Shown here piece after piece: positions 18,463 through 27,199 of a stretch of 28,897 bases of DNA (the stretch's first letter is position 1; each line of letters begins with the position of its first letter). Under the pieces are notes generated by a model that had not been told where the DNA came from, made no database searches, and was given only the letters and a program-made list of their open reading frames with translations. The stretch is from contig NZ_MWQY01000018.1 of assembly GCF_002087085.1 (NCBI RefSeq), positions 62,001-90,897 on the forward strand, read 5' to 3'. Made by a program: the position numbers and the translations under genes.

Positions 18463-18492
18463 GCGTTGTTTCACATCCTTTTGTTTATGCAC

Positions 18493-18522
18493 AAGCTGCC
18501 GTCCAGGACGGCAGCTTTCTTT
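18493..18522 (+). terminator. Stem-loop between dctP and dctQ (partial terminator / mRNA stabiliser)
   Basis: AAGCTGCCGTCC-A-GGACGGCAGCTT (18493-18517) followed by TCTTT. Confidence 0.65.
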
Positions 18523-18591
18523 GTAGAAGACAAAGCTTTATAAAGGTAAAGCTTTTCAATCGAACTGATGAAATGAGGTTTCACAAGAAAC

Positions 18592-19047
18592 ATGGAAAAG
18601 AAACTTGTTCGTATCCTCGAGACCATCTGCGGAGCATTTCTTGTGGCCATGGTGGCACTGCTCTTTGCACAGGTTGGAACTCGATACATTCTCCAGGGGT
18701 CTTTGCTCTGGGCCGGAGAAATCGCCGTATGGTTCTTTGTCTGGATAACCTATCTGGGAGCGGTAATTCTCTACATCAACAAGAAACATATTATCGTTGA
18801 TATCCTGACCACCTTTTTACCGGAAAAAGTAAACAAGACGATCGAGATGATTTCTTCGGTTATTATTCTCATTTTTCTGTTGATAGTATTTAAAGAATCG
18901 ATTCCGGTTGTAATCTCCTATTCAAAGCAGACAGCAACCTCTATTGCACTGTCAAAAAAGTACCTCTTTTCTTCCCTTACCGTTTCTACCGGTTTGATGA
19001 TTCTTTACACAATCTACTCATTCATCCGAAAGCTCAGGAGGCGTTAG
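18592..19047 (+). CDS. dctQ: TRAP transporter small permease
   Basis: 151 aa, 4 TM; QVGTRY, WAGEIAVWFFVWITYLG, HIIVD. Confidence 0.9.
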   Translation: MEKKLVRILETICGAFLVAMVALLFAQVGTRYILQGSLLWAGEIAVWFFVWITYLGAVILYINKKHIIVDILTTFLPEKVNKTIEMISSVIILIFLLIVFKESIPVVISYSKQTATSIALSKKYLFSSLTVSTGLMILYTIYSFIRKLRRR

Positions 19048-19048
19048 T

Positions 19049-20329
19049 ATGCTTACGGTTGTATTAATAACAATGCTTTTGGGCTTTCTCCTGGGGATTC
19101 CCGTCGCCATTACCCTTGGCCTGGCAACCTTGTCGTACTTTTTCATGAATCCCGGACTGCCCATGGTTAACATTCCCCTGCGATTTGTAACCGGAGCAGA
19201 ATCATACACCCTTATGGCGATTCCCCTGTACATGCTTGCGGGGAACATCATGAACAGCACCGGGGTAACCGACAAGATCTTTCGTTTTACCCGTGCCCTC
19301 GTCGGCCATTACACCGGCGGAACCGCCCAGGTGAATATTCTCGCCAGCTTTATCTTCTCAGGAATGTCCGGCTCCGCCCTGGCGGACGCCAGCGGCGTGG
19401 GAAAGGTACTCATCAAGGCCATGGTCGATGAAGGCTACGATGTCGAGTTCAGTGCGGCGGTAACCGGAGCCTCGGCAACCATCGGACCGGTATTTCCCCC
19501 CAGCATTCCCATGGTACTGATCGGCGGTGTAGCGGGAATCTCCGTTGGAAAACTCTTTATCGGAGGAATCATTCCTGGAATCATGCTGGCCATTTACATG
19601 ATGGTTCTGGTCTATTTTATCTCCAAGAAACGGAACTACCCCAAAAGAAGCAAGGCCAGTCTTCCCGAGCTCGGCAAGGAGTTCTGGGGCGCCTTACCTG
19701 CCCTGTCCACACCGGTTGTAATCCTGGGAGGGATTCTCGGCGGATTATTTACCCCCACCGAAGCCGGCGTCGTCGCGGTCTTCTACGCCCTGGTAATCGG
19801 CATATTCGTTTACAAACAGCGGGATTTCGGAAAGATTTTTCAGATGTTCGTTGATACGGCCAAGGGAACGGCCAGCATCATGTTCATAGTCGGGGCGGCC
19901 TACTCCCTGGCCTGGGTTTTCTCGAAAGAGCAGGTGGGAATTCTTCTTACCGATGGCATTACCGCCCTTTCGTCGAATCCTACGGTTGTGCTGATCCTGA
20001 TACTTCTGGGATTCCTTGCAGCGGGCTGTGTACTGAATCCATCGGCAAATATCATCATCTTTGTTCCCATGCTGATGCCCCTGGTAATGAGCGTAGGAAT
20101 CGACCTTGTACACTTCGGTGTACTGGCAACCCTGGTTCTGATGATCGGACTGGTAACGCCGCCTCTGGGCCTGAGTATGTTTATCATATGCGAAATAACA
20201 GGCTTAACAACGATGCAGTTTACAAAGGGAATGCTGATCTTTTTTGTAGCTCTGCTGGCAGTTGTAGTCACCATGGTATTTGTTCCGGCAACCATCACCT
20301 GGCTGCCCCAGGTTATCATAGGCGGGTAG
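19049..20329 (+). CDS. dctM: TRAP transporter large permease
   Basis: AIPLYMLAG, SGMSGSALAD, IGPVFPPSIP, FTPTEA, GLVTPPLG. Confidence 0.94.
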   Translation: MLTVVLITMLLGFLLGIPVAITLGLATLSYFFMNPGLPMVNIPLRFVTGAESYTLMAIPLYMLAGNIMNSTGVTDKIFRFTRALVGHYTGGTAQVNILASFIFSGMSGSALADASGVGKVLIKAMVDEGYDVEFSAAVTGASATIGPVFPPSIPMVLIGGVAGISVGKLFIGGIIPGIMLAIYMMVLVYFISKKRNYPKRSKASLPELGKEFWGALPALSTPVVILGGILGGLFTPTEAGVVAVFYALVIGIFVYKQRDFGKIFQMFVDTAKGTASIMFIVGAAYSLAWVFSKEQVGILLTDGITALSSNPTVVLILILLGFLAAGCVLNPSANIIIFVPMLMPLVMSVGIDLVHFGVLATLVLMIGLVTPPLGLSMFIICEITGLTTMQFTKGMLIFFVALLAVVVTMVFVPATITWLPQVIIGG

Positions 20330-20347
20330 AAAGCTCGTCAACGACGG

Positions 20348-20375
20348 GTAAGGGCCGGTTTCCGCCGGCCTTTAC
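20348..20375. terminator. Hairpin between convergent dctM and carbonic anhydrase (likely bidirectional terminator)
   Basis: GTAAGGGCCGG (20348-20358) / CCGGCCTTTAC (20365-20375); overlaps the carbonic anhydrase stop codon. Confidence 0.55.
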
Positions 20376-20998
20376 TCTATCTTTTTAAAAACCTTATCGT
20401 CCTTGTCGTAGTTAAAAATCTCTCCGGTCTCTATCAGGTAGTACCAGCCCAGAATATTGATCTCCTGTTTATCGTAGCGCTCACGGATATACGGGTAGCT
20501 CAGCAGATGGTTCATCTGTTCGACGATATTGAGCTGTTCGGTAACCCACTCACGTTTTACCGCATCTTTCATCAACTCAGGATCCTTTTCGATTTTTTCC
20601 CGGACCGGTCGTGCCAGCTCCAGCCACTTTTTCGTGTGGGGAGTGTTGGCAAGCTCTTCTTCGCTCATATAGAGGGCATTGCAGCCCCCGCAGTTGGAAT
20701 GACCGCAGACAATAATATTCTCCACATTCAGCATCTTGACCGCATACTCCACCGCAGAGGTTGTCGAAAGATACTCCTCGGAAGCCCGGTAAAAGGGGAC
20801 CACATTGGCGATATTCCTGATAATAAAAAGCTCTCCTGGCAGAGTCTTGGTTATCAGATGCGGGACAACCCTGGAATCGGAACACCCGATAAACAGAGAA
20901 TGGGGGGACTGCTTCTTGCCGAGCTTCTCGAAAAGCTCCCGGAAATGGGTAAAATCCTGAGATGAAAACTCCTTTACACCTTCGAACAGATAATCCAT
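20372..20998 (-). CDS. Beta-class carbonic anhydrase
   Basis: GCSDSRV, GELFIIRNIAN, VEYAV, CGHSNCGG zinc ligands. Confidence 0.95.
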   Translation of the reverse strand: MDYLFEGVKEFSSQDFTHFRELFEKLGKKQSPHSLFIGCSDSRVVPHLITKTLPGELFIIRNIANVVPFYRASEEYLSTTSAVEYAVKMLNVENIIVCGHSNCGGCNALYMSEEELANTPHTKKWLELARPVREKIEKDPELMKDAVKREWVTEQLNIVEQMNHLLSYPYIRERYDKQEINILGWYYLIETGEIFNYDKDDKVFKKIE

Positions 20999-21076
20999 AC
21001 CAAATCTCCCACTATTCCAAGGGTCCTCTGAGAATGACCGCTTTCAGATCTACCCGTATAGTATAGCATCAGGGCG

Positions 21077-21110
21077 AAAAAAAACCGGCGAAGACAATGT
21101 CCGCCGGTTT
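21077..21110 (-). terminator. Intrinsic terminator after the secreted hypothetical gene
   Basis: AAACCGGCG (21082-21090) / CGCCGGTTT (21102-21110) with A8 run 21077-21084 (U-tract on the minus strand). Confidence 0.8.
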
Positions 21111-21138
21111 CATACTAGATAGACAGAGGCCGATGGGC

Positions 21139-21864
21139 TTAGCGCTTGACTGCGTTCAGACCGCCATTGATCTTCAGTTCGTTGCCTCTGAAATCCACCT
21201 GCAGGGATCCATCCCAATAGAACATGGAGGCAGGATCCGCGCCGTCGGAAACGATGTTACCGGTCTTTTTATCGCTTCCGGGAATTGTCTTGCCGCCGGC
21301 TACTCCGGTACTCCAGACTTTGTCCCAGTCGACGCCGTTGGCCTGGCCGTTGCGGGAGAAATCGGTGGAAATCACCTGAGGATTATTTCCGGAAATAAAG
21401 CCGATGCTCCGTTTCTGGAAGGTTCCGTTCGGCAGATTGATCCGTCCGCTGCTGTCAGTGACCAGCCTGTAAGCAGTTCCACGATGAACATACTGAATGG
21501 TAATAACGCCGCTCCTGTCTTTATCAACAGTCAGGTTATCGATTTTAGGCTGAGCTGATTCGGCAACGGCAAAAAGAAAAAGCCCCCGGAGTGTATCGGG
21601 AAGAGCATTTCTTCCTTTTACGTCATAACGATAGGGCTGAAACTTTTCTGTGGACGTCTGGACAGATGCACCGGTTCTGCCGTCGAAATGGTCTTTTTCA
21701 ACAGCCATGTAGCGGATAGGTCCGGTAAAGGTCAGGTAGTTTGTGCGAGCGGTACCAGTGATATCATACTGATATTCAATGGTCAGATCCTGAGCAGTTA
21801 CAGCCCCGCCGAGCAGTGCGAAGACAGTAATAAGCGCAAGAATAACGAGATAATTCCTTTTCAT
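21139..21864 (-). CDS. Secreted hypothetical protein with DxxTGAS flavinylation-like motif
   Basis: ATG 21864 with GGAGGAG SD; signal peptide MKRNYLVILALITVFALLGGAVTA|QD; DGRTGAS at 21664-21684; own promoter and terminator. Function not recognised. Confidence 0.8.
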   Translation of the reverse strand: MKRNYLVILALITVFALLGGAVTAQDLTIEYQYDITGTARTNYLTFTGPIRYMAVEKDHFDGRTGASVQTSTEKFQPYRYDVKGRNALPDTLRGLFLFAVAESAQPKIDNLTVDKDRSGVITIQYVHRGTAYRLVTDSSGRINLPNGTFQKRSIGFISGNNPQVISTDFSRNGQANGVDWDKVWSTGVAGGKTIPGSDKKTGNIVSDGADPASMFYWDGSLQVDFRGNELKINGGLNAVKR

Positions 21865-21912
21865 TTGCTCCTCCATAATTACCCAAAAAGGTAATTCATA
21901 GTAATTTACTCT

Positions 21913-21977
21913 ATTATCGTTCTATTTATATCGTTTCGTCAATATATTAGCTATAACTAATACTGATTATCATTATG
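21913..21977 (-). promoter_or_regulatory. Promoter and Fur-box-like operator
   Basis: Minus strand: CATAATGATAATCAGTATT (21977-21959) is 16/19 to GATAATGATAATCATTATC; TTGACG (21942-21937), 18 bp, GATAAT (21918-21913). Confidence 0.65.
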
Positions 21978-22032
21978 TATTTTGTCAGATATGTAATAGC
22001 GGCAGGAGATAAAACAGGGGGAGTGCAGCCCG

Positions 22033-22533
22033 TCAGGAGTCAGTTTTCAGCCATTTATACAGTACAAGGGCATCAACATAGCCCAGAACGGGATGCTTAA
22101 ACGCCTTCGGTAGCCTGCCCACGGTCGTGAAACCAAGTTTTGTCCAGAGCTTTACGGCAGCGGTGTTGCTGGAGGCGACAAAATTAAACTGCATTGCAAG
22201 AAAACCCAGATCCTGAGCGAGCGTCTGGGAATGACGGCACATAAAGGTGGCAATGCCCTGGCCTCTGGCCCGGGACGCCACCATATAACCGCAGTTGCAG
22301 ACATGAGCGCCTGGCCCATGGTGATTCGGTTTTATATAGTACGTCCCGAGAATTTCTCCGTTCTTCTCCAGCACAAAGGTTTTCAAAGGGGCCCTCATCC
22401 AGAGCTCTTCAGCCTCAGATCTTTCGGTATCCGGCTCATAGCCGTAGGTTTCTCCTGCGGACACAACCTCGTGAAAGATGGGCCATATAGCCTGAAAATC
22501 CTCTTTTTTCGCTTCACGTATTCTGTATTCCAT
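22033..22533 (-). CDS. GNAT N-acetyltransferase
   Basis: HVCNCGYMVASRARGQGIA acetyl-CoA motif; MQFNFVASSNTAAVKLWTKLGF. Confidence 0.92.
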   Translation of the reverse strand: MEYRIREAKKEDFQAIWPIFHEVVSAGETYGYEPDTERSEAEELWMRAPLKTFVLEKNGEILGTYYIKPNHHGPGAHVCNCGYMVASRARGQGIATFMCRHSQTLAQDLGFLAMQFNFVASSNTAAVKLWTKLGFTTVGRLPKAFKHPVLGYVDALVLYKWLKTDS

Positions 22534-23090
22534 TAACGTACCTCATATTCAAGAAGAATCATGCCGCCGGGATAGACGCTCTGCCCGGTTAAAGTCAGCC
22601 TTCTGTACACTGCAGGGGATGGAAGAAACGGAACACCACCGCCTAAAAGCACCGGAATAATTGCTGGCTCGACGGTGTCCACAAGATTCCAGGTCAGAAG
22701 CTGAGAGAACAGCTCTCCGCCTCCGTAAAGCCAGATATCACGACCGGGCTGTCCGCGCAACTCCTTCACCCGACGCTCCAGATCCTTGCTTACAATTTCA
22801 ACCTCCGGGTGATCCTGCTGTCTGAGCTTTCGTGAAGCAACAAGCACCTGTTTTCCGCGGAAACTCTCTCCGGCTGCACTGACAATTTCGTATGTACGTC
22901 GCCCCATCAGCAGGGTATCGAACTGTTCATAGAGCGCATCAAAATCAAATTCAGGCTCCGGCGTTATCCAGTCATAATTGTCCTCCGGCCCTGCAATATA
23001 TCCGTCGAGACTGCAAGCTACCTGATAGCGGATCTTCCTCATCTGTGGATAAGCTTCTTGACGTGGAGACTGTTCATGCCCTCTCGACAT
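22533..23090 (-). CDS. Dihydrofolate reductase-like (RibD C-terminal domain) protein
   Basis: SLDGYIAG, LLMGRRTYE, DIWLYGGGEL, PVLLGGG. Homologous part begins at MRKIRYQ (ATG 23042), which may be the true start. Confidence 0.88.
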   Translation of the reverse strand: MSRGHEQSPRQEAYPQMRKIRYQVACSLDGYIAGPEDNYDWITPEPEFDFDALYEQFDTLLMGRRTYEIVSAAGESFRGKQVLVASRKLRQQDHPEVEIVSKDLERRVKELRGQPGRDIWLYGGGELFSQLLTWNLVDTVEPAIIPVLLGGGVPFLPSPAVYRRLTLTGQSVYPGGMILLEYEVR

Positions 23091-23508
23091 ACTCTTTTAA
23101 TCTCCCGTTCATGAGCTCAAATCCGTTTCGCGTATTGTGGTCCAGCATTTTTCTGAATAAGGGGACCAGAATTCCCCGGAAAATCTCCTTCTGTAAAAAC
23201 GTAGTCGTTCCATCATCATTCTGAATCAGCTCAAAGGAATGTTCGCCGTCAAATAATCCTTTAAAAAACAGATGTCCAATCCACCTCAATTCCCTGTTCG
23301 GCTTAAATGTCATTACTTCCGGTTTGATTGTCATCGGATTCATACCGGGCTGATGTAAAACTACAGTTATCTTCTGACCGGCTTGAACATTGCCGGATAC
23401 GGACCTGATGAAGGGATTCCAGGAGGGGTAATTCGCAAAATCAGAGAATACCTTCCATACTTTTTCTGCATCGGCCTTAATGGTTACTTCTGTGCTTAAC
23501 TCTTTCAT
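23074..23508 (-). CDS. SRPBCC (START/polyketide cyclase-like) domain protein
   Basis: IKADAEKVWKVFSDFANYPSWNPFI, ELRWIG, LFDGEHSFEL. Confidence 0.88.
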   Translation of the reverse strand: MKELSTEVTIKADAEKVWKVFSDFANYPSWNPFIRSVSGNVQAGQKITVVLHQPGMNPMTIKPEVMTFKPNRELRWIGHLFFKGLFDGEHSFELIQNDDGTTTFLQKEIFRGILVPLFRKMLDHNTRNGFELMNGRLKEYVERA

Positions 23509-23754
23509 CTTTTACACTCTTTTCACTGCAGTCTTAATTCCTTCATAATCTTTTCAATATCGTTCTATCTGAAGCCCTCCGTCAACAGATTATAAAGAAC
23601 TACTGTTGAGCGCAATCGCAGATCCAGTCAGGATTAAGAGGAAAGAAGTAATAAGTCATCCGGGAGATCTCCCCTAAGTTCACCATACAGAAGAACCTTG
23701 TTGCCGGGGACATGCAGGAATACCTATCTTAGTACTTACAAAGGAAGGATACCC

Positions 23755-24573
23755 ATGGCAGAGACCAGACGAACCGCTCTAATAACCGGTGCATCTTCGG
23801 GGATGGGAAAAGAGACAGCCCTTGCCCTGATTCAGGCAGGTTATGATGTTTACGGCGCAGCGAGGCGCATTAACCAGATGGCCGATATAGTGACCGCCGG
23901 CGGGCACAGCCTGGAACTGGATATTACGGATGAGAAGTCGATAGTCTCTGCTGTTACATATATAGAAGAGGCGGCAGGAGGCATAGATATCCTGATAAAC
24001 AATGCAGGGTATGGCTGCTATGGTGCCGTAGAGGATGTTCCTCTGGCAGAGGCGCGGCGTCAGTTCGAGGTCAATCTTTTCGGGCTGGCGCATATTACCC
24101 GCCTTGTGCTTCCGGGGATGAGAAAAAGGGGATATGGAAAGATCGTCAATATCTCCTCCATCGGTGGAAAAATCTATATGCCCATGGGAGCCTGGTATCA
24201 TGCGTCGAAGCATGCGGTGGAAGGTTTCTCCGATGCCCTGCGGTTTGAAGCACGGCCTTTCGGCATCGATGTAATTATTATTGAACCTGGATTAATTCAA
24301 ACCCACTGGAGCGGTATTGCCACAGATAACATGCTCACATATTCGGGCGGCACAGCTTACGACTCAGCAGCGCGAAAAACAACTGAAATGTTCCGGGGCC
24401 TCGAAGGCTCTGATCCCCGCACAGTCGCCAGGATCATCCTAAAGGCCATCTCGGCCAGAAAGCCCCGAAGCCGTTATGCCGTGGGAAAATACGCCCGTCC
24501 GTTGCTTACACTGCGCAAAATCCTGCCGGACAGAACCTACGACTGGCTGTTGCGAAAAAGAATAGGAAAATAG
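23755..24573 (+). CDS. Short-chain dehydrogenase/reductase (SDR)
   Basis: TGASSGMG, NNAG, YHASK (YxxxK), IEPG; ATG 23755 with AAGGAAGG SD preferred over TTG 23698. Confidence 0.93.
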   Translation: MAETRRTALITGASSGMGKETALALIQAGYDVYGAARRINQMADIVTAGGHSLELDITDEKSIVSAVTYIEEAAGGIDILINNAGYGCYGAVEDVPLAEARRQFEVNLFGLAHITRLVLPGMRKRGYGKIVNISSIGGKIYMPMGAWYHASKHAVEGFSDALRFEARPFGIDVIIIEPGLIQTHWSGIATDNMLTYSGGTAYDSAARKTTEMFRGLEGSDPRTVARIILKAISARKPRSRYAVGKYARPLLTLRKILPDRTYDWLLRKRIGK

Positions 24574-24599
24574 GCCCTACTGCAGCTAAGCGTCCCCCA

Positions 24600-25163
24600 T
24601 CACTCCTTGGGAGGATCCAGAAGCACACCGCTGCGAGAAACCTCCGGCTCCGTGCACATATTCCGGTTAAAACAACACGGGCGACGTTCGCCTTTTGCCA
24701 TTTTATCACGTGCCGCATCGATTCGGCGCATACAGGTTTCCCGGTTCTGTGTCGATCTGATCCACCGGATCCAGTCCCAGCGCGCCAGAGTCGTAATGTC
24801 CTTCCACAGGGCGAAAACCCCCGGGTCAAGCATCAGCGCCTTCTCCAGATCCTCAGGAACTTCGGGTTCCGGCCAGTCTGTTAACGGTGTAAGCTTCAGC
24901 TCGACCGCCTCTCCCGCTTGAATCCCGCAGGAATCCTGCAGGGCTTTATCGACGCTGAGCCAGTGGCTTCCTTTACCGTCCGGCTCAAGCACAGTCCTGA
25001 ACGAAACATCATTGATGCATGCTTCCACAGAGACAAGCCCTCGGGACGGAAGCTGACTGCTTGCTTCTTTCGCTATCCGCAGAATTGTCCAGACGCCTAT
25101 TGAAAAAAGGGTCGATCTACAGTGTATAGACTCCGTGTGCCGACCCCTGGTATCGGTACTCAT
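24600..25163 (-). CDS. DUF1905 / YdeI-OmpD-associated family protein
   Basis: LPSRGLVSVEACIN, EPDGKGSHW, PEVPEDLEKAL, ARWDWIRWI, RRPCCFNR. Confidence 0.8.
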   Translation of the reverse strand: MSTDTRGRHTESIHCRSTLFSIGVWTILRIAKEASSQLPSRGLVSVEACINDVSFRTVLEPDGKGSHWLSVDKALQDSCGIQAGEAVELKLTPLTDWPEPEVPEDLEKALMLDPGVFALWKDITTLARWDWIRWIRSTQNRETCMRRIDAARDKMAKGERRPCCFNRNMCTEPEVSRSGVLLDPPKE

Positions 25164-25222
25164 ATATAAAATATATAGAGCTTTATATAGAAATAACAGT
25201 TTTCTAGTTGAACTTCGTGGTT

Positions 25223-25693
25223 TTACGAACCGGCCGACTTTTCACGGATTGCTTTTAAACGCTCCGCAAGCTGGGAGAGATGTATTTCCAGATGATCGAT
25301 ATAATCAGTAACCAGAAAAGACAGGCTCAGGTCTCTTCCCTCGTTTTTCCAGCTGTTTTCTTTTTTTGACTCATCCAGGTTTTCAATGATGTGACAAAGC
25401 AGCAGGTTAAACTGCTTCCAGAGCTCCAGGAGTTGAGAGTAGGGATATGAATTGTATTTGATTATCTTTATCCAGTTGTAATCATATCCCGGAAAATCAA
25501 GGTGACTCACTTCCTGCAATCTGATAAAACGCTGATAATTGTTTGCAGCAGAATCTATCAGGTGTCCGAAGATTTCCTTAACAGACCACGCATCCGGAGA
25601 TACATTGATCGATGCCGTTGTGTCATCGATTCCGCAGTAGAGTTCATATTGTTCGTCAATATGTTTTCGAAGCCGCAGAGTTTCACTCCTCAT
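25223..25693 (-). CDS. DinB-family protein
   Basis: WSVKEIFGHLIDSA, DYIDHLEIHL His pattern. Confidence 0.88.
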   Translation of the reverse strand: MRSETLRLRKHIDEQYELYCGIDDTTASINVSPDAWSVKEIFGHLIDSAANNYQRFIRLQEVSHLDFPGYDYNWIKIIKYNSYPYSQLLELWKQFNLLLCHIIENLDESKKENSWKNEGRDLSLSFLVTDYIDHLEIHLSQLAERLKAIREKSAGS

Positions 25694-25705
25694 ATTATTT
25701 CCTCT

Positions 25706-26551
25706 TTAATTCACCTGGTATTCCCATTCTTCAGCCAATATCGCATAGATCAAATCATCTTCCCAATTTCCATCAATTAACAGACTCCTCTTAAACAGTC
25801 CTTCCTTCCGAAAGCCAAGACTTTCCAGCAAGGCTATTGAGGCAGTATTTTGGGGATCTGTAGATGCTGTTATCCTGTGTTTTTGCAGAACTTTGAATAA
25901 GTAATTTACCACACCGATTACAGATTCCTTACCATACCCCTTTTTCTGATACACCGGATGTATTGTATAACCAATTTCGCATTGACTGTTTTCCGGACCG
26001 ATAAAGTGTATGCCGATATCCCCTATCATTGTACTATTGTGGAAAATACCCAGCTGAAACCATCTCCCTTCCTCGTTAAAGCCGGTTGTGCTGTTCCTGA
26101 TAAAATCTTCAATTTCATGTAGTGTTCCCGGCTTGAAGGTTTGAAACAGGAAGATTTCCTCCTTTGTCCGGTATTCAAACATGGCGGAGGCATCAGCGAG
26201 AGTTATCGGCTTTATTGTGAGCCTTTCAGTCCTGATCAATATTTTGTTCCCCGGCTTCTGCTCTTTTCCAAAAACCAGGATTGTGTCACAAGCAGCACCT
26301 GATAATCTGTATTTCAGAATCTCCTGATAATCATCAGAATAATACCACTCTTTAAAATCCTCTCTGTTTGGGAACTCTATTAGAACAGATTTTGAGTACT
26401 TCCAGTTTCCTTCCAGTATTTCAGGTGCAGAATCTACAGCCAAATATTTCCCATTACATCTTGAAAATATATCATCACATTTGTCTAAATATTTTTGATA
26501 CAGATTCGAATCTGTTATTCTGATTTGGGCAAGGAAATAGACAGCACTCAT
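25706..26551 (-). CDS. DUF1330 domain fused to RimJ/RimL-type GNAT acetyltransferase
   Basis: N-term ~95 aa: GKYLA, LEGNW, LIEFP, WYYSDDYQEI. C-term: TERLTIKP, EIGYTIHPVYQKKGYGKE, NTASIALLESLGFRKEG. AAGGAGG SD. Confidence 0.85.
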   Translation of the reverse strand: MSAVYFLAQIRITDSNLYQKYLDKCDDIFSRCNGKYLAVDSAPEILEGNWKYSKSVLIEFPNREDFKEWYYSDDYQEILKYRLSGAACDTILVFGKEQKPGNKILIRTERLTIKPITLADASAMFEYRTKEEIFLFQTFKPGTLHEIEDFIRNSTTGFNEEGRWFQLGIFHNSTMIGDIGIHFIGPENSQCEIGYTIHPVYQKKGYGKESVIGVVNYLFKVLQKHRITASTDPQNTASIALLESLGFRKEGLFKRSLLIDGNWEDDLIYAILAEEWEYQVN

Positions 26552-26631
26552 TTTTCCTCCTTAAAGAAACAACCAGGGTATAGAAATACAATGACCGGAT
26601 TCTGGATTTACCGGAATGTATTGTTTTATGA

Positions 26632-27081
26632 CTATTCCCACTTTTGAATCTCGATAATATTTCCTTCAGGATCCTTTGCATACACGACGGTAATTTTACC
26701 AACTCCGTCAATTTCTGCATCGATTAATCTTCCGACTACGGATCCCCCGTTTTCCAGTAAAAGGTTTAATTTTAGTTCTACATCTTCCACTGCAAAGGCA
26801 ATATGACCAAAACCTTCTAAGTTTATCTTTTTGCTTGTATTGATAATTTCGTCATTATATTCGAAAATTTCCAACGTCGGTCCGGCGATATCATAGCCTG
26901 GAAGAAGCAAATGCATTCCTTTAATGCTTGCATTTGATAAACTGGTTAATCTATCCAGCCATTCACCTGAAAGATCTCTTTGCGGTGGCTTTGGTCTGCA
27001 ATCAAATACCCGGATATAAAAATCAGCTAGTTTTTTCCAGTTTTTACTTATAATATTTTTATGAGAGAATTTTGTCGCCAC
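26632..27081 (-). CDS. VOC (glyoxalase/bleomycin resistance) family protein
   Basis: H-x-N..LADFY, LEIFEY, GFGHIAFAVEDV, YAKDPEGNIIEI; GTG start with GAAGGA SD. Confidence 0.9.
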   Translation of the reverse strand: MATKFSHKNIISKNWKKLADFYIRVFDCRPKPPQRDLSGEWLDRLTSLSNASIKGMHLLLPGYDIAGPTLEIFEYNDEIINTSKKINLEGFGHIAFAVEDVELKLNLLLENGGSVVGRLIDAEIDGVGKITVVYAKDPEGNIIEIQKWE

Positions 27082-27199
27082 ATCTTATCCTTCATGCTCT
27101 ATAAAAGAAGCATTATAATTCATTTTATGTCATCCATATAGGTGTTTTTCATATCTACAGTTAACAGGATAAAAACCTGCTATATATTGTGAGCCATCC

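Noticed and set aside
17380..18492. 370-aa minus-strand ORF
   Set aside because: Mirror-frame shadow of dctP.
25172..25189. TATATAGAGCTTTATATA near-palindrome as an operator
   Set aside because: Low-complexity AT sequence with no cognate regulator nearby.
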